Of a stretch of 34,472 nucleotides of DNA, positions 33,606-34,472 are shown piece by piece (position 1 is the first letter of the stretch; the number at the start of each line of letters is the position of its first letter). Below the pieces are notes generated by a model, which was not told where the DNA came from, did not search any database, and saw only the letters and a list, made by a program, of their open reading frames with translations. Source of the stretch: Fimbriimonadales bacterium (GTDB lineage: Bacteria > Armatimonadota > Fimbriimonadia > Fimbriimonadales > ATM1); assembly GCA_035698285.1 (NCBI GenBank), contig DASSBY010000018.1, positions 1 to 34,472 of the forward strand. The letters run 5' to 3'. Made by a program: the position numbers and the translations under genes.

Positions 33606-34331
33606 ATGAGCGCGTCGTTCTCCCGCCTTGCGCTCTTCTGCGGGGCGGGCCTGGCAACAGCAACCTGCCACGCGCAAGCCTTCAACGTCGACCTGGAGGT
33701 TTTCTCGGGCGGCGAAGGAATCGGCGCGGGTGCACCGTCTTCGAGTTTTGGTGCGGCCGCTAACCAGCGCGGTTATTGGAATGCGGCTGGCCTTCTAAGC
33801 ACGCCATGGGCTCTTCGCAGCTTGCTCGGCCAAGATACAGCCGTGTCCCTAACGGCAGAGGGCGACCAAAAGGGAGACACTGGAGGTTTCTTTTTCAAAG
33901 GGAACACCGGGGATTACGCACGCCTGCTAAACGACGCCCAGAACGTGGCTCCGCAGGTCGACGGCGGCAGCTTGGCTTGTGTTTTTCGGGGCCTCAAACC
34001 AGGCGTCTACGAAATTTTCACATACGCCGTGAGTCCGATTGGCAACTATGTCGAAACGCCGGTTTATGTGCCTGGGGGAATTGGGGCTGAGACTCAGGTC
34101 GTAACCGGGCCAATGCCAGGGAACGCATTCAAATATCTCATAACACACAGTATTCATCTTGTCGACATCGATCCGCAGGAAGACCTGAGAGTAGAGTTCT
34201 ATCAAGCGCCTAGTACCGACGTTCAATACGTAAATGGCTTCCAGATTGTCCCCGTCCCAGAAGTTCCAGGCTTGTTACCTGTCATTCTCGGCTGCGCCGT
34301 TCTGGTAATTGGCAGAAGGCGCATCTCTTAG
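33606..34331 (+). CDS. PEP-CTERM sorting-domain protein
   Basis: The signal peptide ends ...ATATCHAQA. The C-terminus VPVPEVPGLLPVILGCAVLVIGRRRIS combines a PEP-like motif, a TM helix and an Arg cluster. Confidence 0.8.
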   Translation: MSASFSRLALFCGAGLATATCHAQAFNVDLEVFSGGEGIGAGAPSSSFGAAANQRGYWNAAGLLSTPWALRSLLGQDTAVSLTAEGDQKGDTGGFFFKGNTGDYARLLNDAQNVAPQVDGGSLACVFRGLKPGVYEIFTYAVSPIGNYVETPVYVPGGIGAETQVVTGPMPGNAFKYLITHSIHLVDIDPQEDLRVEFYQAPSTDVQYVNGFQIVPVPEVPGLLPVILGCAVLVIGRRRIS

Positions 34332-34380
34332 ACTGTTGCTATGCTGATTACTATTCCCAAAAGACATGGAGGAAATGCAA

Positions 34381-34472
34381 ATGAAGAAAACGACTAAGAT
34401 AGCATGCGCGCTCGGCGCGGCTGTCATGACAGCGGTTGCCAATGCTCAATTCTCAGAGCTTTGGCATCAAAC
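34381..34472 (+). CDS. 5' end of a secreted protein (partial, runs off the window)
   Basis: GGAGGA lies upstream of the ATG. MKKTTKIACALGAAVMTAVANAQ is a signal peptide. Confidence 0.5.
   Translation, partial: MKKTTKIACALGAAVMTAVANAQFSELWHQ

Noticed and set aside
1-34472. Genome-wide TGA reassignment (code 4 or 25) as an explanation for the two in-frame TGAs
   Set aside because: TGA terminates several well-supported genes at sensible lengths (148-858, greA, 4706-6637, and the msrA itself at 2808-2810). Any recoding must therefore be local and signal-dependent rather than global.
1-34472. CRISPR arrays, transposases, integrases and prophage genes
   Set aside because: I found no regularly spaced direct repeats and no DDE, tyrosine-recombinase or serine-recombinase-like ORFs in any frame. 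The only substantial repeats are the tandem-duplication scars at 27825-28045 / 29023-29187 and the paralogous gene pairs.

Overview
GC-rich bacterial chromosomal segment with about 40 densely packed genes, many with overlapping stop/start codons. All product calls come from motif recognition by eye, with no database search. Several families point to Armatimonadota or a PVC-type lineage (inference only): three prepilin-like H-X9-DG (DUF1559-type) proteins, a PEP-CTERM protein, HAF-like repeat proteins and a UBact-like gene. Housekeeping genes include the alaS 3' end, greA, gyrA, ctaA, a BI-1 family protein, a 5'-3' exonuclease, Nudix, SGNH, DinB, rfbB and rmlC-like genes, and tRNA-Pro(GGG). The most unusual region is 2608-4657. 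It holds an msrA whose catalytic-Cys codon is an in-frame TGA followed by a SECIS-like hairpin, so it is a candidate selenoprotein. Its stop overlaps (ATGA) the start of a Pup/UBact-like 67-aa gene that has no Dop/PafA/proteasome neighbours in the window. Divergent from it lie a very Met-rich secreted DUF1579-like protein and a second, Cys-type msrA. A second in-frame TGA with a GGUCU-loop hairpin interrupts an HNH-like gene (15981-16646). A long minus-strand array (17167-30692) encodes secreted proteins next to a divergent ECF sigma/anti-sigma pair: a radical copper oxidase, two HAF-like paralogues, a Zn-metalloprotease and two beta-propeller proteins sharing an unassigned C-terminal module. 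This array contains clear tandem-duplication scars (27825-28045). I saw no CRISPR array, transposase or integrase.
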